A DNA stretch of 64,000 nt, from contig OY970195.1 in assembly GCA_963708185.1 (NCBI GenBank), positions 1,152,001 to 1,216,000 on the forward strand. The letters run 5' to 3'. Below are positions 30,087 to 39,435 of the stretch, one piece after another. How positions within the stretch are numbered: the stretch's first letter is position 1; each line of letters begins with the position of its first letter. The notes below the pieces were generated by a model that made no database searches, was not told the DNA's origin, and saw only the letters and a list, made by a program, of their open reading frames with translations. The DNA comes from Candidatus Peregrinibacteria bacterium. Lineage in GTDB: Bacteria; Patescibacteriota; Gracilibacteria; UBA1369. A program made the translations under genes and the position numbers.

Positions 30087-30716
30087 ATGAAACTTTTTGA
30101 AAAACTTTTCGGGAAAAAGGACGATGCTCCTTCTGAAGACCGCCGCCCCATAGATCCCCGCGAGAAAATAAAAGAGAAGGCCGTCGCTGAAGTTGTTGCC
30201 GGGGCGAGACGTTCGGTGCGAGAAAGTCTTTCTCCTGAAGTTTTCAGCGCAAAGGCCATGGAAAGGAAAAACCATCGCAGTACCAACGACCGGCTGCATG
30301 CCAGGATGGTGACCGATACCATGCTCGATCGCGACGAGAAGTTTCAGCAAACCCCGAATGTCGTCAAAGAGAAGCTTAAAGAGGCTATCTTCGAGCTTCT
30401 TTCCAGCGCGAGAAAAAACCCTGCGGTTTTTTATGACCGTCTCGATGCCGTAAAAAATTCATTTGGAGGAAATGAAACGCTGCGTGATATCTTTTTGACG
30501 TCCTTTTCCACCTGGCTCATGCAAAAAACGTTTGAGTACGATCCGTCGGACCGTCTCAATAAAAAATTCGACAAACCGTATCCGCGCTGGATCGTTTTGG
30601 GATGCAACCATACCGAACTCCTTGGGGTAAAGCCGCGTGTCAGGGCCTGCCACGATCGCAACCCCGCCGAGTTTGTGGAACTTATCGATGTTTTTTACGG
30701 TTTGAAACTTTTATAA
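30087..30716 (+). CDS. Orphan hypothetical protein with amphipathic N-terminus
   Basis: Likely start MKLFEKLFGKK; fills the gap before folE. Confidence 0.7.
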   Translation: MKLFEKLFGKKDDAPSEDRRPIDPREKIKEKAVAEVVAGARRSVRESLSPEVFSAKAMERKNHRSTNDRLHARMVTDTMLDRDEKFQQTPNVVKEKLKEAIFELLSSARKNPAVFYDRLDAVKNSFGGNETLRDIFLTSFSTWLMQKTFEYDPSDRLNKKFDKPYPRWIVLGCNHTELLGVKPRVRACHDRNPAEFVELIDVFYGLKLL

Positions 30717-30722
30717 TTTTTT

Positions 30723-31277
30723 ATGCAAGAACAAGATTTGCAGAAACTTCTCCGGGATTTTTTCGTCCACATCGGTGAAGATCCCGAGCGGGAAGGGCTG
30801 AAAGACACTCCCAAACGAGTGCTCGCCGCCTGGGAAAAACTTTTTGGCGGATATAAACAGAAGCCGGAAGACGTCCTCACCGTGTTCGGCGATGAACTGT
30901 ATGACGAAATGATCGTCGTCAAAGACATTGAGTTTTACAGCATGTGCGAGCACCACTGTTTGCCTTTTTTCGGTCGCGCCCATGTGGGGTACATCCCCGA
31001 CGGGAAAATTATCGGGCTTTCCAAGCTGCCCAGGCTGGTGGAGATTTTTTCGCGCAGACTGCAGAACCAGGAACGTTTAACAAGCCAGATCGCGCGCGGA
31101 CTTCAGGACATTTTAAAGCCGAAAGGAGTGGGGGTGATCCTTGAAGCCAAGCATTTCTGCATGATGGCGCGCGGCGTGGAAAAACAGAACAGTGAAGTGA
31201 CCACTTCGGCGCTGCTCGGTTTGTTTAAACGCGAGCTGAATACCCGCAACGAATTTTTACGGCACGTCGGGAAATAA
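30723..31277 (+). CDS. folE: GTP cyclohydrolase I
   Basis: GEDPEREGLKDTPKR, SMCEHH, GLSKL, RRLQNQERLT, HFCMMARGV. Confidence 0.97.
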   Translation: MQEQDLQKLLRDFFVHIGEDPEREGLKDTPKRVLAAWEKLFGGYKQKPEDVLTVFGDELYDEMIVVKDIEFYSMCEHHCLPFFGRAHVGYIPDGKIIGLSKLPRLVEIFSRRLQNQERLTSQIARGLQDILKPKGVGVILEAKHFCMMARGVEKQNSEVTTSALLGLFKRELNTRNEFLRHVGK

Positions 31278-31336
31278 GGTTTATCAAGCCAAACCTCGTT
31301 GTATTGTGTGTGAGCAGGGGTTACTATTGTGGTGTT

Positions 31337-31960
31337 ATGACCGCATTTTTACCAAAATCCATCCAGCTCCTGATCGAGGAGTTCAGCAGGCTTCCCGGCG
31401 TAGGGCCCAAATCTGCACAGCGGCTTGCCATGCACCTTTTAAGAACTCCCGGTTCCAGGGTTCAGGCTCTGGCAGGAGCGATCGGCAAACTGCAGGAAGG
31501 CTTGAGATTCTGCAGCATCTGCTGGAACATCGCCGAAAGCGATGTCTGCCGCATTTGTTCCGATCCTATGAGGAACAAGCATCTGATCTGCGTGGTTGAG
31601 GACATTCTTGACGTGGTTGCCCTTGAGAAAACTTCGGAATACCACGGGACCTACCACGTACTGCACGGGGTGCTTTCCCCGGTGGACGGCATCGGGCCGG
31701 AACAACTGAAAATCGATGCGTTGATACAAAGGATCAAGGGTGCGTCCGCCGATACTAAAACTTCCGATTTTGAGATTATTCTGGCCACGAATCCCAGCCT
31801 GGAAGGCGAAACCACTGCCATGTATTTGTCACGATTATTGAAACCTTTGGGCGTGAGAATTACCCGTATTGCCCGGGGACTTCCTGCCGGCGGTGATCTT
31901 GATTACGCCGACGAACTGACGCTTTCCCGCGCTTTGCAGGGCCGAGCCGAATACGCCTGA
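31337..31960 (+). CDS. recR: Recombination mediator RecR
   Basis: LPGVGPKSAQR, C4 zinc finger, ICVVE, YHVLHG, Toprim ILATNPSLEGETT, DYAD. Confidence 0.97.
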   Translation: MTAFLPKSIQLLIEEFSRLPGVGPKSAQRLAMHLLRTPGSRVQALAGAIGKLQEGLRFCSICWNIAESDVCRICSDPMRNKHLICVVEDILDVVALEKTSEYHGTYHVLHGVLSPVDGIGPEQLKIDALIQRIKGASADTKTSDFEIILATNPSLEGETTAMYLSRLLKPLGVRITRIARGLPAGGDLDYADELTLSRALQGRAEYA

Positions 31961-32150
31961 AACCGACCGCCAAATAAAGGCGAACGGTAGTGAGCGCGAA
32001 GCGAGGGAGGTTTGGGTCTTGCTGGTCCCAAACCGATCGCCAAATAGAGGAAAGGGTCCTGTCTCGCGACCGGACCCTTTCCCTCCTTACCCCAAAAAAA
32101 TCTGTCGTATTTGTCTTCAATCTAGACCGACCCGCAAGCGGGTCTGAGCC
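31960..32150. repeat. Structured intergenic element with a direct repeat and several hairpins
   Basis: 21-nt direct repeat (31960-31980 and 32030-32050, 19/21 identical); hairpins GGTTTGGG..CCCAAACC, GGAAAGGGTCC..GGACCCTTTCC (32049-32082) and GACCCGCAAGCGGGTC. Confidence 0.6.
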
Positions 32151-32192
32151 TGCGCTTTTGAGCGCCCAATAAGTGGAGTGTCATGAAGGTTA

Positions 32193-33026
32193 CTATTTCA
32201 AAATTCTCAGCTCCTGCATAACCTTTGAACAGTTCTGGCGTGCCTGGTTATACGTCGCGCGGGCGGTTCTGATCATTTTTATACCGTCATTCATAATCTG
32301 AGCGCCCTGCTCTTCCTGGTCGCGATCAAGGTTTTCCATCTGCACGAACTTATTTTTGGCATCCTGTAAATTCTGGTTGCCTTCCTGGAGAAGCTGCTGG
32401 CAGTCCTGAAGCGCACTGTTTACGTCCTGGGTATCCTTGCCCTGGGCTTTCATAAGGGTGATCCTTTTTTGAGCAAGATCAAACAATACATTTGATTTGC
32501 CCGTGTTCTGCGTGAATTGGGTTATACGGGTTTCGACGCGCTTGCTGATGTTCTTTTTTACGTCGGTTTTCGCGTCCATGATGAGCGTATGGGTGTCCTG
32601 CGCAACGGCCTTGAGATCCTCCGCCGCAGTAGCGTTCTGGGCCGGGCTTCAAGAGCTTTTACCCGGTCGATATAATCCTGGATGGTTGCCGTGACGTCGG
32701 CGTTGGTGATGCCATCCATACTTTGGAGTACTTGCGCTTTCTGAAGGGTGTCTTCGCAGTGAACTTCCAAACGGTTCAGCATGTCGACAAGCAGCATTTT
32801 TGCTTTCTGGATCGTCATTTGCTGCATGGTCATGCCTCCCTGATCAAGAGAGTTCCGGGCTGTCGATGTTTCATCTCCGGTTTCAGGCGTATCCGTGGCA
32901 CCCGTTTCCGATGTCTGATCGGATGTGCCCGTACGGAGCTTCCTGGGACATGGCGATGCCCGGGAGCATCATTCCCGTCATAAGGATCGTGATCGTAGCG
33001 ATTGCTGTGATATTCGGTTTCTTCAT
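32193..33026 (-). pseudogene. Secreted helical-bundle protein (~277 aa) with two compensating frameshifts; probably intact in vivo
   Basis: Signal peptide MKKPNITAIATITILMTGMMLPGIAMS from 33026; shifts frame near 32933 into ORF 32558-32833 and back near 32642 into ORF 32193-32579. Confidence 0.65.
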
Positions 33027-33033
33027 GGTTGCG

Positions 33034-33414
33034 TTAGAAATTACCTTCAGCTATAAGACGAATGCCGCTGTCGATTTGATTCAGTTCGTCATTGTCGAAA
33101 TCCTGGACGATCTGCTCTTCCTGGGTTCCGGCGTCAAAGGTCACCAGACGCGTATCGCTGGCCGGAGTTTCAATATTCGTTGCGGTCTGCGCATCATTGT
33201 TTTGCTGCGCATTCTGCTGAACGACCCCTCCTTTAAAGTTCAGGAGAACAACAGCTATCACCAAGGCTCCTGAAAAAGTCGGGATGAAAAATTTTAAAAA
33301 ACCACCCCAAAAAGGTTTTCGAGCGCGTTCATGCCCTGCGGAGTATTGCGCGCGGTAAGCCATCCTGAGCTCGTTTTCGAGCTTATTGATGAATTGTGGA
33401 GTCGGTTTTTTCAT
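33034..33414 (-). CDS. Probable anti-sigma factor (single TM)
   Basis: PTPQFINKLENEL helix followed by a TM; directly downstream of an ECF gene. Confidence 0.65.
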   Translation of the reverse strand: MKKPTPQFINKLENELRMAYRAQYSAGHERARKPFWGGFLKFFIPTFSGALVIAVVLLNFKGGVVQQNAQQNNDAQTATNIETPASDTRLVTFDAGTQEEQIVQDFDNDELNQIDSGIRLIAEGNF

Positions 33415-33418
33415 AAGC

Positions 33419-33444
33419 ACACGTTGAGTGTAGCAAAGGTTACA
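33419..33444 (-). promoter_or_regulatory. Putative ECF-type promoter
   Basis: TGTAAC-N15-CGTG immediately after the sigma stop codon, 5 nt before the anti-sigma ATG. Confidence 0.4.
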
Positions 33445-34011
33445 TTAAAAACTGTCATTTGACGCCGAGACAAGCTGATTGGCTTTTTTGAGAGCCCTGT
33501 GCTGGAGGACTTTGGCGTTTTCTTCGGATATGCCGAGTTCTTTGGCGGTTTCAAGCACGCTATATCCTTTAAGAAACCGCAGCTCAAGGACGTTGCGGTA
33601 GTTTTCAGGGAGGGAAGCGAGGATCTTGTCCAGCACGTGGACTTTCTGGTCGTGTTCCGGCGATCCCTCATTCGTTTTTAGTTCTTCAAAAGCCGCATTT
33701 TCATCGAGTTCGACCGTGGATTCATTATAGCGCTCGCGGTATTTGGCTAAAATCAAGTGTTTGGCTATTCCGTAAAGCCAGTTTTTGAACGTCGATTTAC
33801 CAGAAAAACTGGCGAGGCTTTTCAGGGCGTGAAAAAAAGTCTCCGACGTCAGGTCCTCCGCGTCCTGCTGATTATTCACCTTTGAAAAAACAAAGCGGTA
33901 AAGCGAAGAAACATGTTGGTGGTACAGCTGAATGAAGGCTTCTTCTTCTCCGGCGACGGCCTCCATGATCAACTCCTGTTCGGCACTGTTTTTACCTTTT
34001 TCCGTATGCAT
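33445..34011 (-). CDS. ECF RNA polymerase sigma factor (no. 2)
   Basis: DAEDLTSETF, FKNWLYGIA, LPENYRNVLELRF, ETAKELGISEENAKVLQHRAL. Confidence 0.93.
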   Translation of the reverse strand: MHTEKGKNSAEQELIMEAVAGEEEAFIQLYHQHVSSLYRFVFSKVNNQQDAEDLTSETFFHALKSLASFSGKSTFKNWLYGIAKHLILAKYRERYNESTVELDENAAFEELKTNEGSPEHDQKVHVLDKILASLPENYRNVLELRFLKGYSVLETAKELGISEENAKVLQHRALKKANQLVSASNDSF

Positions 34012-34195
34012 TTCCGGGGTACGGATAAACGAAGTGAGCTCTTATTATAGTGTCTGCGTCGATTTTGTCCACTGGTATGTCGGGCGGAAGGCTGGCATAC
34101 CGCAACACCAAGCTCTTTATTCCTTGACTTGCATAAAACTTTACCCTATTATCCTGAAGCAATTTTGCCGATTTGCTATTTCTTAACACCAAGAT

Positions 34196-34705
34196 ATTAG
34201 CAAGAAGTTAAGGATTAACAGACAGATTCGTGTTCCAGCCGTGCGTCTCATCGACGAAGATGACGAACAGTTGGGCGAAAAAACCCTTGAAGAAGCTTTG
34301 CAATTAGCGTCTGAACGAGGACTTGACCTGGTGGAGGTGGCTCCAAAGGCCGTGCCCCCGGTTTGCAAGCTCATGGATTACGGTAAATATCTTTACCGCC
34401 AGAACAAGATCGAGCAAAAGCATAAGAAGATGCAAAAACAGGGTGAAATGAAAGGAGTTCGCCTCAGCTACAGCATCGACAAACATGACCTTGAAACAAA
34501 AATACGGCAGGCGGAAAACTTCCTGAAACATCACAACAGTGTCAAAGTAACGTTGATGTTCAAAGGAAGAGAAGCTTCCCACGCCGATCTTGGAAAGGAA
34601 AAGATGCAAATGTTCATCGACGCACTCAAGGACATCGCGCAGGTTGAAGAGATTCCCAAAAAACACGGCCACACTATGTTCATGGTTCTCGTCCCACTTA
34701 AATAA
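34196..34705 (+). CDS. infC: Translation initiation factor IF-3, ATT start
   Basis: In-frame ATT-AGC-AAG-AAG-TTA-AGG-ATT-AAC (SKKLRINRQIR) after an in-frame TAA at 34184; LDLVEVAP, PPVCKLMDYGK, FKGRE. Confidence 0.95.
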   Translation: MSKKLRINRQIRVPAVRLIDEDDEQLGEKTLEEALQLASERGLDLVEVAPKAVPPVCKLMDYGKYLYRQNKIEQKHKKMQKQGEMKGVRLSYSIDKHDLETKIRQAENFLKHHNSVKVTLMFKGREASHADLGKEKMQMFIDALKDIAQVEEIPKKHGHTMFMVLVPLK

Positions 34706-34711
34706 TTTTCT

Positions 34712-34906
34712 ATGAAACTCAAGACGCACAGCGCTGCAAAAAAGCGTTTCAAAATCACCGGAACCGGCAAGCTCATTGCCAACAAGGCCGGGAAAAAACA
34801 TCTTCTTTTTAACAAGTCCAAGCGCCAGAAGAAACTTCACAAGAGCGGCATGGGACTTTACGCAAAAGATGAAGCCAACATCAAGAAGCTTCTCCCTTAC
34901 GCCTAA
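34712..34906 (+). CDS. rpmI: 50S ribosomal protein L35
   Basis: KLKTHSAAKKRFKITGTGK; infC-rpmI-rplT synteny. Confidence 0.96.
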   Translation: MKLKTHSAAKKRFKITGTGKLIANKAGKKHLLFNKSKRQKKLHKSGMGLYAKDEANIKKLLPYA

Positions 34907-34932
34907 CCTCTTATCCATTCTCCTCAACTGAC

Positions 34933-35280
34933 ATGACTCGCATTAAACGTGGTGTAGCTTCCCATCGTCGCCATAAGAAGCTCCTCAAATCAACCAAAGG
35001 CTATAAAAACCTCCGCAGACGCATCGTAAAATGGGCAAAGAACGCGTCGAACAAAGCCGGACAGAACAGCTACGTGGGACGAAAGATGCGCAAACGCGAC
35101 ATGCGCAGCCTGTGGATCACCCGCATCAACGCCGCCTGCCGGGCAGAAGACCTGAGTTACAGCCGTCTCATGTATGGCCTGCTCAAGGCAAAAGTGAAGG
35201 TTGATCGCAAAATACTGTCTGAGCTCGCCGTCAACAACCCTGAAGTTTTCAAGAAGTTCGTGGAAGTCGCAAAAAAATAA
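34933..35280 (+). CDS. rplT: 50S ribosomal protein L20
   Basis: MTRIKRG, RKRDMRSLWITRINAA, SYSRL, DRKILSELA. Confidence 0.97.
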   Translation: MTRIKRGVASHRRHKKLLKSTKGYKNLRRRIVKWAKNASNKAGQNSYVGRKMRKRDMRSLWITRINAACRAEDLSYSRLMYGLLKAKVKVDRKILSELAVNNPEVFKKFVEVAKK

Positions 35281-35300
35281 AGATTTACCAGGCACATTTC

Positions 35301-35328
35301 AAAAGATCCCCGTACGGGGATCTTTTTT
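35301..35328 (+). terminator. Intrinsic terminator, probably bidirectional
   Basis: AAAAGATCCCCG-TA-CGGGGATCTTTTTT. Confidence 0.85.
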
Positions 35329-35396
35329 GTTGCGGATGACACGGCTCGATCAAGGACCATTGGCATCACAGCGCTGTATGACAGAGCGTGGATTCA

Positions 35397-35675
35397 TTAA
35401 TAAATTTCGAAGCCGGAAAACTCCTCATCCGATTTTGGCTCTTCATAGGAGGTTTCGATGTTCTCAACCTTTGCGAAATCCGGCCCTTTTTGGCACCAGG
35501 CAGCGAGTTTTTGCAAATCGGATTCATCGCCAACAGCAACAACCGTCACCGTGCCGTCACGGTTATTCCGGGCGTACCCTTTGAGGCCGAGCTTCACGGC
35601 CTGCACCCGGGTTTCCGCACGATAAAAGACGCCCTGGACGCGACCTCTAACCCTGAGTGTTGCCCGCTTGATCAT
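35397..35675 (-). CDS. acyP: Acylphosphatase
   Basis: VRGRVQGVFYR, GLKGYARNNRDGTV, WCQKGP. Confidence 0.95.
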   Translation of the reverse strand: MIKRATLRVRGRVQGVFYRAETRVQAVKLGLKGYARNNRDGTVTVVAVGDESDLQKLAAWCQKGPDFAKVENIETSYEEPKSDEEFSGFEIY

Positions 35676-36336
35676 TGGCGTAGGTCGTGATGGTCACCTT
35701 CTTGATATTTACCATTTTGCTGGGTTCCTCCGTTCCGGGGACCTGGAGATCCTGGATCTTCTCGGCGACGTCCATACCTTCATAAACCTGTCCGATCGGA
35801 GAATAGGAGCCGTCCAGAAACGGCGTGCCGTCTTTGGCGGTGACGATGAAAAACTGGCTGCCGATGGAGACAGGAGCCGCGGTTTTGGCCATGGAAACGG
35901 TTCCGTAGAGGTGGTGAAGCGAAGGATCAATTTCATTCGGCAAAGCCGTATTCGGACCCTTGTAGCTATAGCCTCCGGTTCCGTCATGATTCTCGAAATC
36001 ACCCCCCTGGATCATAAAATCCTTGACGACGCGATGGAACGGGCTGCCGTCATATTTCCCGGCCTTGGCCAGCTCCATGAAATTCGTGGTCAATGTGGGG
36101 ACTTGCTGAGTAAAGAGTTTGAATTTGACAGTTCCCATGTCCGTCTCCAGGATGGCGACCGTGTCACCGGGCTGAGGAGTAGCGAGCTGGGCCTGGTTTT
36201 GAGCGTCGGCCGAAGCGGCCGTACTCGTGGTGAGTGAAGTGGTTTGGGAATATTGGGTGTTTTGACCGTTTTGCGATGCACAGGCTGTGAGCATAAAAAG
36301 AGCTGGGACAAAGAATAACGAGAGTGCTTTTTTCAT
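35647..36336 (-). CDS. Cyclophilin-type peptidyl-prolyl isomerase lipoprotein
   Basis: Lipobox LTAC; FHRVVKDFMIQGGD, GTVSMA, GSQFFI, FLDGSY. Confidence 0.92.
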   Translation of the reverse strand: MKKALSLFFVPALFMLTACASQNGQNTQYSQTTSLTTSTAASADAQNQAQLATPQPGDTVAILETDMGTVKFKLFTQQVPTLTTNFMELAKAGKYDGSPFHRVVKDFMIQGGDFENHDGTGGYSYKGPNTALPNEIDPSLHHLYGTVSMAKTAAPVSIGSQFFIVTAKDGTPFLDGSYSPIGQVYEGMDVAEKIQDLQVPGTEEPSKMVNIKKVTITTYANDQAGNTQG

Positions 36337-36419
36337 AGTATTTAAGCGTTAAATTCTGGTATATGGTGTTTGATTTTCTTGTTCTATTTTGCTATGGTTG
36401 AGGCCTGTTTTCAAGCCTT

Positions 36420-37694
36420 ATGAAAACATTTTTCAAAAAACTTGTTCTGCGCGCCCTGAATGCGCTTGCCCGAATCCGCCTCAAACGCCTCAGACCTTTT
36501 ATTATCGGCGTTACCGGCTCCGTGGGAAAGACCAGCAGCAAAGACGCGATCTTTTCACTTTTATCCACAAGATACGCCGTTATCCGAAACAAAAAAAGCT
36601 TTAACAGTGATTTCGGCCTGCCTTTGGCTATCCTTGAACAGGATTCCGGGTTTTCTTCGCCGGTCGAATGGCTCGTCATTCTCTTCAAAAGTTTTTGGAA
36701 AGTTTTTTTCGGAGGCAAGAGAGTCAACATGATGGTGTTGGAAATGGGAGTGGACAAGCCCGGAGACATGATGACGCTTTTGAAGCTGGTCCATCCGCAG
36801 ATCGGGGTCATGACGAGCATCAAACCGGTTCATCTCGCCGAAGGGCAGTTCAAAAATCTCGAAGACATTTTTGATGAAAAGAAAAAACTGGTTGAAGCTC
36901 TGCCGGAAAAAGGCATCGCCATCCTGAACGCGGACGATCCTTACCAGCTGGGCCTCAGAGAAACTCTTCAGTGCAAAAAAATCTTTTACGGCGTTTCCGA
37001 AGTGGCGGACCTGCGCGTACTTGCGGCAGAAAGCACCATCAAGGGGATCAGCTGCACGATCCAGTACAAAGATGACGTGGTGATCGGGAACTTTTCCGTG
37101 CTGGGATCGTTCCAGGTTTACGTTCTGCTGCCCGCAATTGCCGTGGGCATCACCCAGGGCTTCACCCTCCAGGAGTGCGTCGATGCCCTGCAAAATTTCA
37201 CTCCACCGCCGGGGCGCATGACGATGATTCCGGGAGTACACGAAAGCACGCTTCTGGACAGCACCTACAATGCTTCGCCCGAAGCCGTCAAAGAGGCTTT
37301 GAATCTTTTGGGAGAGGTGGCGGAAGGCAGAAAGATTGCCGTATTGGGAAGTATGAACGAACTTGGAGGACAGGCCGAAGAGCTCCATCGTGAAGTGGGA
37401 AAACATGCCCGGAAACGCGCCGACGTTCTGGTGACGGTCGGGGGGATGGCCAAGCACATCGGGGAAGAAGCGCAGAAAGAAGGCATGTCCGTGCAAGATA
37501 TCTACCATTATTCCGACGCGGCCAAGGCCGCCGATTTTTTATCCACATTTATCCAAAAAGGGGATACCATTTTAGTGAAGGGGTCCCAAAACCGCGTCCG
37601 CCTGGAGCGCCTCGTCAAAGCTTTGATGGCGGACCCTTCAAAAGCGAGGAACTTGCTGGTGCGACAGGAAAAACACTGGGAGAACATTCAATAA
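36420..37694 (+). CDS. murF: UDP-MurNAc-tripeptide--D-Ala-D-Ala ligase
   Basis: GVTGSVGKT, VLEMGVDKPGDM, LNADD, DSTYNASP, LGSMNELG, LVKGS. Confidence 0.92.
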   Translation: MKTFFKKLVLRALNALARIRLKRLRPFIIGVTGSVGKTSSKDAIFSLLSTRYAVIRNKKSFNSDFGLPLAILEQDSGFSSPVEWLVILFKSFWKVFFGGKRVNMMVLEMGVDKPGDMMTLLKLVHPQIGVMTSIKPVHLAEGQFKNLEDIFDEKKKLVEALPEKGIAILNADDPYQLGLRETLQCKKIFYGVSEVADLRVLAAESTIKGISCTIQYKDDVVIGNFSVLGSFQVYVLLPAIAVGITQGFTLQECVDALQNFTPPPGRMTMIPGVHESTLLDSTYNASPEAVKEALNLLGEVAEGRKIAVLGSMNELGGQAEELHREVGKHARKRADVLVTVGGMAKHIGEEAQKEGMSVQDIYHYSDAAKAADFLSTFIQKGDTILVKGSQNRVRLERLVKALMADPSKARNLLVRQEKHWENIQ

Positions 37695-37700
37695 TTTCGT

Positions 37701-38630
37701 ATGGCGAACCTGAATTACAACTGGGGAATCACCGGTCACAGTAAGCAGCTGTTATCTTTTGAAAACGACGTGGCCAGCGGGAACCTTGCGCACGCCTATC
37801 TTTTGACCGGACCGGCACACGTGGGGAAATACACCCTGGCCGGGCGGCTGGCGGCCGTGCTGCAGTGCGACGCGCACGGGTGCGGGAGTTGCGGGACATG
37901 CATCAACATCGCAAAAGGGTACCATCCCGACACGATCGAGATGAACGACAACGGTGAAACGATCAAGATCGAGCCGATGCGTGAAACGCTCGCCAGGCTT
38001 TCGACGACCGCACCCGGGAACTACAAAATTTTCTTGGTCCAGAACATTGACCGCATGACGTCCGAAGCCGCCAACGCCTTACTGAAAACGCTTGAAGAGC
38101 CTCCCTCGAAAGTACTGTTTCTTTTTACGAGCAGCCGGCCCGAGAATATTTTATCGACGATTCTTTCCCGCCTCAGGGTCGTAAAATTCAAAACCCTGAA
38201 TCAGGATGAAATCGCTGAACTTCTTCAAAAAAAATATCCTCTCGAAGCCCGGGATAAACTTCAAAAAGCCGCCGAATTTTCGTTCGGACTTCCGGGGCGG
38301 GCCGTGTTCTTCATGGAAAATGAGGAGGCTTTCTCCAGGGTCCAGGGGCTTTTTGAACGCGTCAGGCAGGTTCTGTCCGAAGGCGGCATTGCGGAAAAAT
38401 TCGCACTCGTTGACGAGGTCACCCGCGACGAGGAGCTTTTCGGAGAATTTTTTGATATTTTCCTTTTGGCATTACGGTATACAATGCTCGATGAAGCTCA
38501 AAACGGAGCTTCCGCCCAAAAACTTCAACGGACCATCGACACCCTTTTACAAACCCAGAAAGCGCTGCACCTTCAGAAGCGCAACGTCAACTCGAGACTT
38601 CTCTTTGAACACTTAATGCTCCAGACATGA
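37701..38630 (+). CDS. holB: DNA polymerase III delta' subunit
   Basis: HAYLLTGPAHVGK, CGSCGTC, HPD, EAANALLKTLEEP, TILSR. Confidence 0.9.
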   Translation: MANLNYNWGITGHSKQLLSFENDVASGNLAHAYLLTGPAHVGKYTLAGRLAAVLQCDAHGCGSCGTCINIAKGYHPDTIEMNDNGETIKIEPMRETLARLSTTAPGNYKIFLVQNIDRMTSEAANALLKTLEEPPSKVLFLFTSSRPENILSTILSRLRVVKFKTLNQDEIAELLQKKYPLEARDKLQKAAEFSFGLPGRAVFFMENEEAFSRVQGLFERVRQVLSEGGIAEKFALVDEVTRDEELFGEFFDIFLLALRYTMLDEAQNGASAQKLQRTIDTLLQTQKALHLQKRNVNSRLLFEHLMLQT

Positions 38631-39424
38631 TTCAATTTCTTGTTATTATCGTGGGCCTGATCGTCCTGGGCCTGATTTTTTTCCGCCGCTACATGATCCT
38701 GGAAAAAGGGAAGTCCTCATTCTCTTTTCTCGGAAGAAAACAGGGCGGAATGGATCTCCTTCATCTGCATAAAGACAAAGGCGGGTTTGAAATCACCGTT
38801 GAGGAGATGATTCCGGAACGTTCCAGCGTCGACGCAAAAAAAGTGGCGAAGGCCGACATCCTCGTCAAAAAAGCCGAGCCGGTTCTCGCCAAAGGAGATT
38901 TCGGACAGGGCGAAAGGCTGCTTATCCAGGCGCTTTCCCTGGACCCGAGCAACGTTGACGCCTACCATAAACTTGGGCTGCTTTACCTGCACCAGGGACA
39001 GTTCGGCAAGGCCGAAATGATGTATCAGAAACTCATCTTGAGTGTACCGAACGACCCGGTGTATTTCAGTAATCTGGCCGTCGCGCTTTACCAGCAGAAA
39101 AAGCTTGAAGGAGCAAAATCGAACTATAAAAAAGCCATTGAACTCGACTCTTCACGCGCCGGGAGAGTTTTCAGTCTGGCCCAGGTCCTCATGGAAATGG
39201 GCGAGGCCCAGGAAGCGCTCGATCACTTCAAAAAGGCAATATCCATGGACCCGAAAAATGTCGATTATTTGCTTTCTCTCGCACAAATCTATTTCGACAT
39301 GAATTTGCATGACGACGCCAAACTGATCCTGGATGAAATTCTTGCAGCTGACCCCGGGAACGCCATGGCGAAAGATATGCTCCGGAAGTTTACGGAAGGC
39401 GGCACGGGAGAAAGCAAAAAGTGA
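38627..39424 (+). CDS. Membrane-anchored tetratricopeptide repeat protein
   Basis: N-terminal TM plus about five TPR-like units (AYHKLGLLY, YFSNLAVAL, KKAIELD, KKAISMDP). Confidence 0.88.
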   Translation: MIQFLVIIVGLIVLGLIFFRRYMILEKGKSSFSFLGRKQGGMDLLHLHKDKGGFEITVEEMIPERSSVDAKKVAKADILVKKAEPVLAKGDFGQGERLLIQALSLDPSNVDAYHKLGLLYLHQGQFGKAEMMYQKLILSVPNDPVYFSNLAVALYQQKKLEGAKSNYKKAIELDSSRAGRVFSLAQVLMEMGEAQEALDHFKKAISMDPKNVDYLLSLAQIYFDMNLHDDAKLILDEILAADPGNAMAKDMLRKFTEGGTGESKK

Positions 39425-39435
39425 ACGCTCGTTTT

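Noticed and set aside
31960-32050. 21-nt direct repeat pair as a mini-CRISPR
   Set aside because: Only two imperfect units, the spacer is itself structured, and no cas genes are present.
36561-37547. Two perfect TTATCCACA DnaA boxes
   Set aside because: Both are inside murF, encode Leu-Ser-Thr, lie 1 kb apart and have no unwinding element.
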